DNA of 61,309 bases from the NCBI GenBank assembly GCA_964532995.1, contig CAZHJN010000004.1:1-61309 (forward strand). The letters are read 5' to 3'. This document shows positions 38,455 to 47,409 of the stretch, piece by piece. The DNA is from an uncultured bacterium (GTDB taxonomy: Bacteria > Ratteibacteria > UBA8468 > B48-G9 > DTJG01). Numbering within the stretch: position 1 is the first letter of the stretch; every line of letters begins with the position of its first letter. Under the pieces are notes generated by a model that worked only from the letters and a program-made list of their open reading frames with translations, was not told the origin of the DNA and made no database searches. The position numbers and the translations under genes were made by a program.

Positions 38455-39848
38455 AGGTATATATCCCAGTTTTTATATTTAACAAGGGCTTCATGAATTG
38501 CTTCAGATGAGTCTGAGAGATTGATCGCAACATGATGTTCAAAGCCATTTTCACAGATTAACCTGAGTAAATCCTGAAGATTGTCTATTTTTGCGACTCC
38601 AACCCCACCGAAGGTCTTAAGCGAATCTTCTGTCATTTTGCCCCTGCAGACATAACCCGCTATGTCTCCATAGCAATCATCGGTTGACAGTCGTAAAAAT
38701 GTGACAGAACCGGGTTTTATTTTTCCTTCAACTGCACCAAATGTTTTCTCTTTTCCAACCGTTTGTTCAAGAATCACATGGTGCGTCATCACAGGTTTTT
38801 CAAGGATTTCTATCGGGAAATTACTGCAGTGAAAAAGAACTGTTTTATTCGGATCCTTTCCATAATTATTATTCCAGTCAACAATGGCACTCGGTTTTTG
38901 TGATGCAAGCTGCAGTATGTACATTGAAACAAGTCCTGTAACATCAACTTCACAGGCCGCGGGAATCATTTTATGGCTGAAATAACTCATAACTCCGCAG
39001 GGAAATATTCCATAATTTTCCTGTATTGATGTCCAGCACTGGAAAGCAAAACCTTTAAGTTCTTTCGCTTCCATCCAGTTTTTGATTGCGGTTATCAATT
39101 TTGCCATCTTGATTACATTTTTTGTTTCTCCCTCTGGTTTTATATAAGCGGTAAACTCTTCAAAGTTCCTCCTGAACTGTTGTTCTGAATCCTTAATCCT
39201 GTTTACACTTGCAAGCAGTTCAGATAAATCCATCACATCAACGGATATTCCATGTCTTTCAAGGATTTTCTCGCTGTATCTTACTGTTTTGAAAGGATCA
39301 GGCCTTGTTCCAATTGCGCCAATTTTGAGATTTTTCAAGCCCTTTATTATTCTGCATATGGCGAGAAATTTAATGAGGTCTGCTCTAAAACTTTTATCTT
39401 CTGGAAATACGGTGTGGCTGGATGTCAGGGAATACTTTATTCCATACTGTCTTAGATTTCCGCATGCTGAAATTTTCCCGCAAAAACTGTCTCTTCTTCT
39501 CGGTGGGTCCATCTTGTCTTTTTCATCAGGATAGGCATGGATAAGAACAGGAACATCAAGTCCTGAAAGTCTTAATGTGTCAGCAATTGCCTGTTCATCT
39601 CCGAAATTTGGCAGTGTCACAATAACGCCGCTGATTTTGTCAGAGTTTTTCCTGAACAGGTCCGCGCATTTTTTTGCATCCTGCCAGGTTTCAACCTTGC
39701 CAAACCGTGTATCCTGTTCTGATAAAGAAATGACATTAACACCATTTTTTTTAAGTACTTTCATCATTCTTTCTCTTCCTGCCTTGCACAGTGCTTCAGG
39801 AAAACATGACCTGTTTCCGACGATCAAACCGATGGATTGTTTTTCCAT
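38445..39848 (-). CDS. L-fucose/L-arabinose isomerase family protein
   Basis: Motifs LPNFGDE, RRDSFCGKIS, QCWTSIQ, ACEVDV, FHCSN, GFEHHVA. Confidence 0.9.
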   Translation of the reverse strand: MEKQSIGLIVGNRSCFPEALCKAGRERMMKVLKKNGVNVISLSEQDTRFGKVETWQDAKKCADLFRKNSDKISGVIVTLPNFGDEQAIADTLRLSGLDVPVLIHAYPDEKDKMDPPRRRDSFCGKISACGNLRQYGIKYSLTSSHTVFPEDKSFRADLIKFLAICRIIKGLKNLKIGAIGTRPDPFKTVRYSEKILERHGISVDVMDLSELLASVNRIKDSEQQFRRNFEEFTAYIKPEGETKNVIKMAKLITAIKNWMEAKELKGFAFQCWTSIQENYGIFPCGVMSYFSHKMIPAACEVDVTGLVSMYILQLASQKPSAIVDWNNNYGKDPNKTVLFHCSNFPIEILEKPVMTHHVILEQTVGKEKTFGAVEGKIKPGSVTFLRLSTDDCYGDIAGYVCRGKMTEDSLKTFGGVGVAKIDNLQDLLRLICENGFEHHVAINLSDSSEAIHEALVKYKNWDIYLHR

Positions 39849-41524
39849 ATTTTTACCCCCTGTAATAAAGATAGTTTAAACTGTGGTTTATTCTGTTTCA
39901 TCATCCTTGTAATCCTTTGCTTCAGATCTTCTATGTGGATGGAATTATTGTTTCTATCAACAAGGACATTTATTCCGGAACCGAAAATTTCAGAAGTCAC
40001 AAGATAATCATTTTCTCCGGCCCTCTTAGCTGTGCCTTCTATCGTCAGCTGTCCGTTTGTGATACTGACGACACCGCTCAATCTTCTGTAATAAAAGTTA
40101 CCTGTTCCGAACTGTCTGCCTATGTTACCGGCTAAACTTGATGAGCCCAGACTTGCAAGCGCTTTAACCGCGCTTATATTGAGTTTTTGGGAAAAAGGTC
40201 TGCCCGGGATATTATCAAATTTTGCCTGTAGTGAAAATTGTTTGTCAGCTGCTTCCATAAAGCAGATTGTGTTAATAAAGCCTGTAATGAGAATTTCAGG
40301 GTTTAGACTCTGTATCAGTTTTTGAAGATTTATTCTTGAGATTTCGGTTTTTGCGTAAAATTTCAAAGGTTTTCCTTCGGATGTGGCAAACACAACTGTT
40401 CCGGATCCGTCATAAAAAGAAAAATTCAGGTTCCCTCTGTATTTTCCGTTTTCCTCGTTTATTTTCCCTTTTATATCCCTGCAATCAATTTTTCCGATTG
40501 AAACCTTTTTTGCTTCAACAGCGATTTCGTTTTTATCTGAAAAACCCTTAAGCGTAAGACAGCAGCAGGAAAAATTATCATATTGAATATGTCCGGGTAC
40601 AGAAAAAGATCCAGCAAAAAAAGGCAAATTTTCCTCTTTTTTCCAGAATCCCTGAGCGTTCATAGAAAATTTTGAATCAGATCTTATTTTAAATTTTTCC
40701 TGCCATTTTTCTGGAAGCTGCGAAATAATTTCATTCAGATTGACTCCTTCTGATTCTATCTTCAGGCTGAAATCCTCTGGACTTACCATCCCTTTTATGA
40801 AAATTTTTCCTCCTGATTCTGTTACGATATTTCCTGTTTCAATGAAACATTTTTTCTGCAGTATGTCGTATGTGGCTCTGGCATGTCCTGATAAAGGGCT
40901 GCTTTGTTTTTGAAGCAATAATCCTGAAAAATCAATATCAAACCTGATAAGTTTCACAACATCTTTATTTATCGTGATTGAAAGTTTTCCGGTAATGGTT
41001 GCTGAAAATGGAAGATTCTGAATGTCCAGAATATTTCTCAATTCATCAATCGCAAAGTCTTTAACATTTCCTTCTATTTCGCATGTTTCAGTTCCCCATT
41101 TCACAAGCCGGCCGGAAACAAACAATTTCCCAAATTTTTCAAGCATGATATTTACATCCTTCAGGTTGAGTTCTCCTTTCCTGAAATTTCCCTGAATCTC
41201 TCCTGAGAAGTTTATTTTTGATTTTCCCTGGGGAAGGTTAATGGTGGCCGGTAACTGAACAGCAAGAAGCTGGTTTGTTCCAAAAATAAAGCTTTTCCAC
41301 GGTACCCTTATTGAACCATCTGTTTCAATATTAACCGGAGGTTTTTCTGACACTTTCCACTGGAAATTGGTAACTCTTGCGCCGGGAAGAGTTAAGAAGA
41401 AGGAAAGGTTAACCTTTCTATCAGATGCGTGTTTTGCCCATAACCCTGTAATGATAGGTATTATTATCCACAATACAAGCAGGGTTCCACAAATCCACAG
41501 AAGGACCCGCTTTTTTTTCCTCAT
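39824..41524 (-). CDS. Membrane-anchored AsmA/YdbH-like beta-rich protein
   Basis: Basic N-terminus and one TM helix, then long amphipathic beta strands (FYDGSG, INLQKLIQSL, FYYRRLSG). Confidence 0.55.
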   Translation of the reverse strand: MRKKKRVLLWICGTLLVLWIIIPIITGLWAKHASDRKVNLSFFLTLPGARVTNFQWKVSEKPPVNIETDGSIRVPWKSFIFGTNQLLAVQLPATINLPQGKSKINFSGEIQGNFRKGELNLKDVNIMLEKFGKLFVSGRLVKWGTETCEIEGNVKDFAIDELRNILDIQNLPFSATITGKLSITINKDVVKLIRFDIDFSGLLLQKQSSPLSGHARATYDILQKKCFIETGNIVTESGGKIFIKGMVSPEDFSLKIESEGVNLNEIISQLPEKWQEKFKIRSDSKFSMNAQGFWKKEENLPFFAGSFSVPGHIQYDNFSCCCLTLKGFSDKNEIAVEAKKVSIGKIDCRDIKGKINEENGKYRGNLNFSFYDGSGTVVFATSEGKPLKFYAKTEISRINLQKLIQSLNPEILITGFINTICFMEAADKQFSLQAKFDNIPGRPFSQKLNISAVKALASLGSSSLAGNIGRQFGTGNFYYRRLSGVVSITNGQLTIEGTAKRAGENDYLVTSEIFGSGINVLVDRNNNSIHIEDLKQRITRMMKQNKPQFKLSLLQGVKIWKNNPSV

Positions 41525-42582
41525 CTGTTTTTAAGGTATTTATCAAAGAATTCAAAAGCCTTGTTCGCGGCAAAACTATGCTCTCCAGGGAAAATTTCAA
41601 TCCATAGATTTTCCAGTTTTCCTGCGGCCCTGTACGCCATTGTAATTTTTTCATGTGCCCTGATTGAAGAATGAAGCCAGAAGCAGGTATCATTTGCGCC
41701 TGATTCAACAAGCAGTGGCCTTGGTGCTATGGCTCCAATAACATCACCCACATCAGCGTACTGATATAACCCGGGAACCAGCTGACTTCCGCAGAAGTTG
41801 GGTCTGTTTATCGCGTAGTGTTCTGTGGTTGTTGCATAGCAGATAATATCTGCCGCTTTTATCCTTTTATCAAGAAGGGTGATGTATGTTGTCATTGTTC
41901 CACCCTGAGAAAGTCCCATGCATCCAATCCTTTCAGGATCAACATTTTTCTTTGTCAGGAGAAAATCAATAGCTCTCATACCGTCAAAGATGTTTGCGCC
42001 AAGGAGCGTTCTGCCGAGAATAAGGTGCTGGATGAAATAAACATTGCATTTGTCTCTTCCGGGAAATGGTGAACTGTCATATCCACATCTTTCGCCGAAA
42101 CCCCGCCAGTCCGGAACAATTGTTATGTATCCTCTTTTAGCCATTATTTCGCCGTAGTTGTAATTAGGAATACTGATATTACTCATTCTTTCAGGCTGCC
42201 TGAAATGAACACCTGCAACAGGATCTTTGCCATAAAGTCCGTGTCCATGGCAACAGAGTATTGCGGGTAGTTTTTCTTTTGATGTTTTCGGAGTAAGAAG
42301 ATAAAGCGGCATCCAGCAATCCTGTTCGGTCTGAATGAGATATTTTTCTCTGATGAAATCTTCAAGTTCTTCAGTGCTGCAGAGCTGTGGTTTGAGAGGA
42401 GCAGGTTCTGGAAAGTTTCCCAGCAGTTCACGAATTTTCACCTTGAGTGAATCACGCCATTTTTCAAAGGATTTTATATCAGAAGGTTTAACAAGATCAA
42501 TTGCCATTGAAGGTCTGGTTCTCTTAAAAAGCTTGTAAATAAAATTGTCTATTACCTGCGGCGCATCATTAAAGTTTGGCAT
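41521..42582 (-). CDS. Alpha/beta hydrolase (acetylxylan esterase / dienelactone hydrolase-like)
   Basis: PAILCCHGHG, GLSQGG nucleophile elbow, IAPRPLL..SG.ND, FPGEH. Confidence 0.9.
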   Translation of the reverse strand: MPNFNDAPQVIDNFIYKLFKRTRPSMAIDLVKPSDIKSFEKWRDSLKVKIRELLGNFPEPAPLKPQLCSTEELEDFIREKYLIQTEQDCWMPLYLLTPKTSKEKLPAILCCHGHGLYGKDPVAGVHFRQPERMSNISIPNYNYGEIMAKRGYITIVPDWRGFGERCGYDSSPFPGRDKCNVYFIQHLILGRTLLGANIFDGMRAIDFLLTKKNVDPERIGCMGLSQGGTMTTYITLLDKRIKAADIICYATTTEHYAINRPNFCGSQLVPGLYQYADVGDVIGAIAPRPLLVESGANDTCFWLHSSIRAHEKITMAYRAAGKLENLWIEIFPGEHSFAANKAFEFFDKYLKNR

Positions 42583-42596
42583 GCGGTTCTCCTTTT

Positions 42597-42992
42597 CTAT
42601 GTCTTTTCAAGTATTTCTATCACCTTCTTAACGCTTCCCGGAATTTTGTACACATAAAAGGTGTCCGGCACCTGCAGAATGTTTGTATTAAACTGTTTTT
42701 CAGTCAGCGCAGTGTAGTAAATAATTTTTGTTTTCCTGTACTCGTTGTACCTTTTAATATATTCTCCAAGATTTCCGCCATAACCAAGATTCATCAGGTC
42801 CACCACTGCTGCATCAATTTTTGGTTTATTCCTATCAATGATATTCATTGCCGATGCAGCATCCCTGAATTCAATAACCTCAAACCCTTTTTTTTTGCAT
42901 TCTATGGCTAAAATTTTCCGTATGGTATCGTCGTCTTCAACAATCATAACAGTTTTTATGTTTTCCTGTTTTTCTGCCTGGTTTGGTTCCAT
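42597..42992 (-). CDS. Single-domain response regulator receiver
   Basis: Motifs VMIVEDD, AVVDLM (phospho-Asp), YYTA, YKIP. AAGGA RBS before ATG 42992. Confidence 0.85.
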   Translation of the reverse strand: MEPNQAEKQENIKTVMIVEDDDTIRKILAIECKKKGFEVIEFRDAASAMNIIDRNKPKIDAAVVDLMNLGYGGNLGEYIKRYNEYRKTKIIYYTALTEKQFNTNILQVPDTFYVYKIPGSVKKVIEILEKT

Positions 42993-43027
42993 ATTTTTCC
43001 TTTCCTTGTTGATTTGATTATTATAAG

Positions 43028-43136
43028 ACCGGTTTCTATCCGGTGTCAAAAAATTCGGGGCCCTGGAAGAAGCAATTTTTCTTCCTGAGCCCCTTTCATG
43101 GAGGAACCATTTCAATAATAAAGACGGATGAAATCC
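43028..43136. promoter_or_regulatory. Structured intergenic region with several hairpins; possible leader, attenuator or small RNA
   Basis: GGGGCCCTGGAAGAA-GCAATTT-TTCTTCCTGAGCCCC stem, ACCGG-N7-CCGGT, ATGG-AGGAA-CCAT and GGAT-GAA-ATCC within about 110 nt. Confidence 0.45.
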
Positions 43137-43193
43137 ACAAAAGTTTATGCGAGTTTTTCTGTCTGAAAAAAAGTTGTAAAATGTAAAGATGAG

Positions 43194-44189
43194 ATGAAAC
43201 AGAAAAATCCTTCGTTTGAGATTATGGAAGTGCCGGTTAGCACTCAGAATAAGAAAGACCTGTTAGATTTCTGGGCATCTATCTTTGGCGAAGGATATCT
43301 CTCAGATCAGAATATTTCTCCTGTCCTTTCCGGTAAGGAAAAAGCATTCAACAGAGATTTCGTATTTATTGCGAGAATCGGGAAAAAGATTGTTTCAACA
43401 GTTCATCTGACAACCAGTAAGTTTGATAAAAGAATCGGCGGAATAGGGGAGGTAGCAACGCATCAGAATTACAGAGGAAGAGGATTTGCCAGAATTCTCT
43501 GTGAAATGGCAATTGATGCATTTGAGAAAATGGATGGAGCATGGTTATTTCTCGGGACATCCAATCCGGCTGCCGCGCGATTGTATCACTCACTTGGCTG
43601 GCATTATATAACCGGTTCACGGGTGATGTTCAGGGATTCTCATGGAAAGAATCCTGAGGTCTTTTTCAAAGAGTATTTTGAGCATATCAGGAAACACAAT
43701 GTTGGTATTGTTCGTGGTGATATGCGCTTCAGATTGCAGGTAATACCGATAACGATTATTCCTTACGATGGACCGGTTCTTGATTTGAATGCCGGACTTT
43801 TTTCAACCAGATGGTTTATGCAGAGATCCTGTATGGGTCTTTATCCTCGTTATGAAAAGATTGATGATGGTGGGGCATGGTTTGTTGCTTTGAGCGGAAA
43901 ATTCATTGCGGGAATTGCAAGTGTGAAATTCCACGAAGGAAACATTGGTCAGATTGATGGTTTCTGTTCTTCAGAGACAGGCGAAGATGTCCTTTCGGAT
44001 CTTTACAATACAGCGATAAGATATGCATTGAAAAACAGGGTTAGAGAGATTCATACGGTATCAGACATTCTTGATGTGAAAAAAATGAGATTTCTTTCTA
44101 AACTGGGTTGCATACCAACAGACGAAAGGATAAGAATTGAGTCAAAAGAGGCTATTATTGATGCAATAGTCTATAAATTTCTCCTTTAA
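43194..44189 (+). CDS. GNAT family N-acetyltransferase (probably tandem GNAT folds)
   Basis: GIGEVATHQNYRGRGFA acetyl-CoA motif; AARLYHSLGW; a second degenerate fold ending FLSKLGC. Confidence 0.88.
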   Translation: MKQKNPSFEIMEVPVSTQNKKDLLDFWASIFGEGYLSDQNISPVLSGKEKAFNRDFVFIARIGKKIVSTVHLTTSKFDKRIGGIGEVATHQNYRGRGFARILCEMAIDAFEKMDGAWLFLGTSNPAAARLYHSLGWHYITGSRVMFRDSHGKNPEVFFKEYFEHIRKHNVGIVRGDMRFRLQVIPITIIPYDGPVLDLNAGLFSTRWFMQRSCMGLYPRYEKIDDGGAWFVALSGKFIAGIASVKFHEGNIGQIDGFCSSETGEDVLSDLYNTAIRYALKNRVREIHTVSDILDVKKMRFLSKLGCIPTDERIRIESKEAIIDAIVYKFLL

Positions 44190-44201
44190 CAGGGGATTTT
44201 T

Positions 44202-45500
44202 ATGTTGAAAAAACTGGAAGCATATTTCAGGTTTGAAGAAAGAAAAACGTCGTGGAGTACAGAAATAAGAGCCGGTCTCACGGTATACCTCACAATGGCA
44301 TATATTCTGTTTGTCAATCCGGTTATTCTGAAGGATGCAGGAGTTCCTTTCAGTGCCTGTGTTGTGGGAACCGCCTTTGCTGCAGGTATTACTTCAATTC
44401 TTATGGGTGCGATCACAAATTTCCCGCTCGCTCTGGCGGCGGGGATGGGTCTCAACAGTGTCCTTGCCTACAGTATTGTGATAGGGCAGGGAGTTTCCTG
44501 GCAGGTCGGTATGGGTCTTATTTTTCTTAATGGTCTCATTGTTTTTGTTCTTGTCCTTGCCGGACTTCGTGAGGCTGTTATGAAGGCGATTCCATTACCT
44601 TTGAGGCATGCTATCGCTGTGGGGATCGGTATGTTTCTCGCATTTATTGGTCTGATGCATGCGGGTATTGTAACGATTGATAAAAATACATTTTTGCCGT
44701 CTCCTGGAGATTTTTCCAGGATTTCAACGATTGTCTCTGCCTGCGGTATTTTAATCACAGCGGTTCTTGTTGTTCTCAGGATTAAAGGTGCGATACTTCT
44801 TGGAATAATCTTAACAGGTATAATTGCGTATCTTGCCGGTCTTTCTAAAATGCCGGTGGTTCTGAATATGCCTGATTTTTCATCTGCCGGAGCTCTTGAT
44901 ATAATTGGTGCACTTAAACTGTCTCTGCTGCCCAGCCTTTTTGCATTTCTGATCGTTGATTTTTTTGATACACTCGGTACTGTAACAGCCATAGGTTATC
45001 AGGCAAAACTTGTTGATCAAAAAGGAAACATTGAAAAACTTAAGGAAATTCTGGCAATTGACGCGCTTGGGGCGATGCTTGGCGGTTTTTTTGGCGCAAG
45101 TTCAAATACCTCCTACATTGAGTCTGCAGCCGGGATAATGGAAGGAGGAAGAACCGGATTTACCGCGATTGTTGTGGGATTTCTTTTTTTACTGAGCATT
45201 ATAATTGCACCGGTTGCTTCTCTTATTACTTCAGAAGCGACTGCACCAGCCCTTGTTATAATCGGACTTTTAATGATGCAAAATATAATAAGTATAAATT
45301 TTGATGAGATTGAAACCGGAATCCCTGCTTTTATTATCATTCTTGCAATGCCCTTCACCTATTCAATATCTCATGGCATCGGTTATGGTTTTATTGTATA
45401 CACTGTTCTGAAGATGGCAAAAGGCAGATTTAAGGAAATCCATCCTCTTATGTATATTATCTCACTGATTTTTGCACTTTATTTCATCTCAGGAAAATGA
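44202..45500 (+). CDS. NCS2/AzgA family adenine-guanine-hypoxanthine permease
   Basis: Motifs EIRAGLTVYLTMAYILFVNP, GMGLN, DFFDTLGT, YIESAAG..EGGRTG, MPFTYSISHG. Confidence 0.95.
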   Translation: MLKKLEAYFRFEERKTSWSTEIRAGLTVYLTMAYILFVNPVILKDAGVPFSACVVGTAFAAGITSILMGAITNFPLALAAGMGLNSVLAYSIVIGQGVSWQVGMGLIFLNGLIVFVLVLAGLREAVMKAIPLPLRHAIAVGIGMFLAFIGLMHAGIVTIDKNTFLPSPGDFSRISTIVSACGILITAVLVVLRIKGAILLGIILTGIIAYLAGLSKMPVVLNMPDFSSAGALDIIGALKLSLLPSLFAFLIVDFFDTLGTVTAIGYQAKLVDQKGNIEKLKEILAIDALGAMLGGFFGASSNTSYIESAAGIMEGGRTGFTAIVVGFLFLLSIIIAPVASLITSEATAPALVIIGLLMMQNIISINFDEIETGIPAFIIILAMPFTYSISHGIGYGFIVYTVLKMAKGRFKEIHPLMYIISLIFALYFISGK

Positions 45501-45569
45501 TGGCAAGTTGATAATTTTCAGCAACAAGCACCATAAGTTATAATAAGTATGGTCAAAAAAGGAGAAAAA

Positions 45570-46337
45570 ATGAAAACACCTGTCAGGATTATGCCATGTC
45601 TTGATATACAGAATGGAAGGGTTGTGAAAGGTGTGCATTTTATTGATATAAAGGATGCAGGGGACCCTGTTGAGTGTGCAATTCTGTACTGCAAGCAGGG
45701 AGCAGATGAGATCGCATTGCTTGATATAACTGCAACGGTTGAAGGCAGACCAACAATGATAGATATTGTAAAAAGAGTTGCACAGGTTGTTACTGTTCCT
45801 TTTACTGTTGGCGGTGGAATTTCTGACATTAATTCAGCCTCATCTGTGATAGAGGCAGGAGCTGACAGGATAAGCATTTCTTCTGCGGGTTTCAGAAATC
45901 CTGTCATGATAAAAGAACTGGTGAAAAAATTTGGTTCTGAAAAAATTACTGTTGCAATAGATGTTGACCACAATCCCAAAATGCCATCCGGCTATGAGGT
46001 TTATATTGATGGCGGAAGAACCGCAACTGGAAAGGATGCGATTGAATGGGCAAAAGAGGTTGATGGGTATGGGGTTTCTGTGATTCTACCAACGAGTAAA
46101 TGGGGAGATGGAGCAAAACTCGGTTATGACCTGCCTGTAATAAGGGCGATAAAAAATGTTGTTTCTGCTGAGGTTGTCGCTTCAGGTGGAGCAGGGAACC
46201 TTGAGGATTTTTATCATGCAGTTGAAGCAGGAGCAACAATACTTCTTGCAGCGAGTGTTTTTCACTTCGGGATTATTTCTATCCCTTCTTTGAAGGCATA
46301 TCTCAAATCCATGGGGGTTCCGATCATTGAAAGATAA
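45570..46337 (+). CDS. hisF: Imidazole glycerol phosphate synthase cyclase subunit (HisF family, divergent)
   Basis: Motifs IMPCLD..GRVVKG, AGDPVE, GADE...LDITAT, VGGGI, VAID, GYD, ASGGAG, LAASVFHFG. Confidence 0.88.
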   Translation: MKTPVRIMPCLDIQNGRVVKGVHFIDIKDAGDPVECAILYCKQGADEIALLDITATVEGRPTMIDIVKRVAQVVTVPFTVGGGISDINSASSVIEAGADRISISSAGFRNPVMIKELVKKFGSEKITVAIDVDHNPKMPSGYEVYIDGGRTATGKDAIEWAKEVDGYGVSVILPTSKWGDGAKLGYDLPVIRAIKNVVSAEVVASGGAGNLEDFYHAVEAGATILLAASVFHFGIISIPSLKAYLKSMGVPIIER

Positions 46338-46341
46338 TTCA

Positions 46342-47364
46342 ATGAAAGCAATGGTTATTGAAAGAATTAAGGACACTGCCGATGAAAAATCGCTGAAGCC
46401 TGTTGATAGACCCATACCTGAACCGGCTGATGATCAGGTTCTTTTAAAAGTTTCTGCCTGTGGTGTCTGCAGAACGGATATCGACGAGATTGAGGGTAGA
46501 ACAGCACCCTCTTATTTTCCGGTGGTCCCTGGACATCAGGTTGTGGGAAGAATAATAAAATGCGGAAGATCTGTGAAAAATTTTAAAACAGGAGAAAGAG
46601 TTGGAGTTGGTTGGATTTTCAAATCCTGCGGAAAATGCAGATACTGTGTTGATGGATACGAAAATCTGTGTGATGAATTTATTGCCACCGGAAGGGATGC
46701 AGATGGTGGTTATGCCGAATATATTATTGCATACCAGGATTACGCCTATCATATTCCTGAATTTCTCACCGATATAGAAGCAGCACCGCTTTTATGCGCT
46801 GGTTCAATTGGGTGGCGTTCATTGCGGCTTACAAAATTTGAAAACCGAAACACAATTGGATTATATGGATTTGGTGCTTCAGGTCACATTGTTATTCAGA
46901 TCATCAGATCCCTTTATCCTGAAAGCAAAGTCTTTGTTTTTACCCGTTCGAAAGAGGAGCAAAAACTGGCTCTTAAACTGGGTGCTTCATGGACCGGAGA
47001 AATAACCGATAGAACTCCTGAAGTTTTTGATGTTGCAATTGATACCACACCCGCCTGGTTACCCGTTGTTTACGCCCTTGAGAACCTTAAAAAAGGTGGA
47101 AGGCTTGTTATCAATGCAATTCGCAAGGAACCACACGACAGAGAAAATCTGATGCGTCTTCAATACGAAAAGCATCTCTGGCTTGAAAAAGAGATAAAAT
47201 CAGTGGCTAATGTTACAAGACGCGATATTGCTGAATTTCTTGAACTATCCTCTCAGATTCTTGTAAAGCCAGAAATTACAACCTATCCTTTTGAAGAGGC
47301 AAATACCGCAATTCTTGATATAAAATACAGCAGGAATCCTGGTGCAAAAGTTCTTGTATTTTGA
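46342..47364 (+). CDS. Zinc-dependent alcohol dehydrogenase family protein
   Basis: Motifs ACGVCRTD, PGHQVVG, CGKCRYC...ENLC, AAPLLCAG, GLYGFGASG. Confidence 0.93.
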   Translation: MKAMVIERIKDTADEKSLKPVDRPIPEPADDQVLLKVSACGVCRTDIDEIEGRTAPSYFPVVPGHQVVGRIIKCGRSVKNFKTGERVGVGWIFKSCGKCRYCVDGYENLCDEFIATGRDADGGYAEYIIAYQDYAYHIPEFLTDIEAAPLLCAGSIGWRSLRLTKFENRNTIGLYGFGASGHIVIQIIRSLYPESKVFVFTRSKEEQKLALKLGASWTGEITDRTPEVFDVAIDTTPAWLPVVYALENLKKGGRLVINAIRKEPHDRENLMRLQYEKHLWLEKEIKSVANVTRRDIAEFLELSSQILVKPEITTYPFEEANTAILDIKYSRNPGAKVLVF

Positions 47365-47409
47365 ATACTGGAATAATAAAAAAAGAATCGCAGATTTTTT
47401 CAAACAGAA

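Noticed and set aside
42993-43115. 41-aa N-terminal extension of the response regulator in the ORF track
   Set aside because: It runs through the hairpin region and looks non-coding; an RBS precedes ATG 42992.
43020-43140. Assignment as glycine, fluoride, purine or c-di-GMP riboswitch
   Set aside because: Only short fragments (CTCAGG, TTCCTCC) resemble those consensus sequences; the conserved cores are not present.
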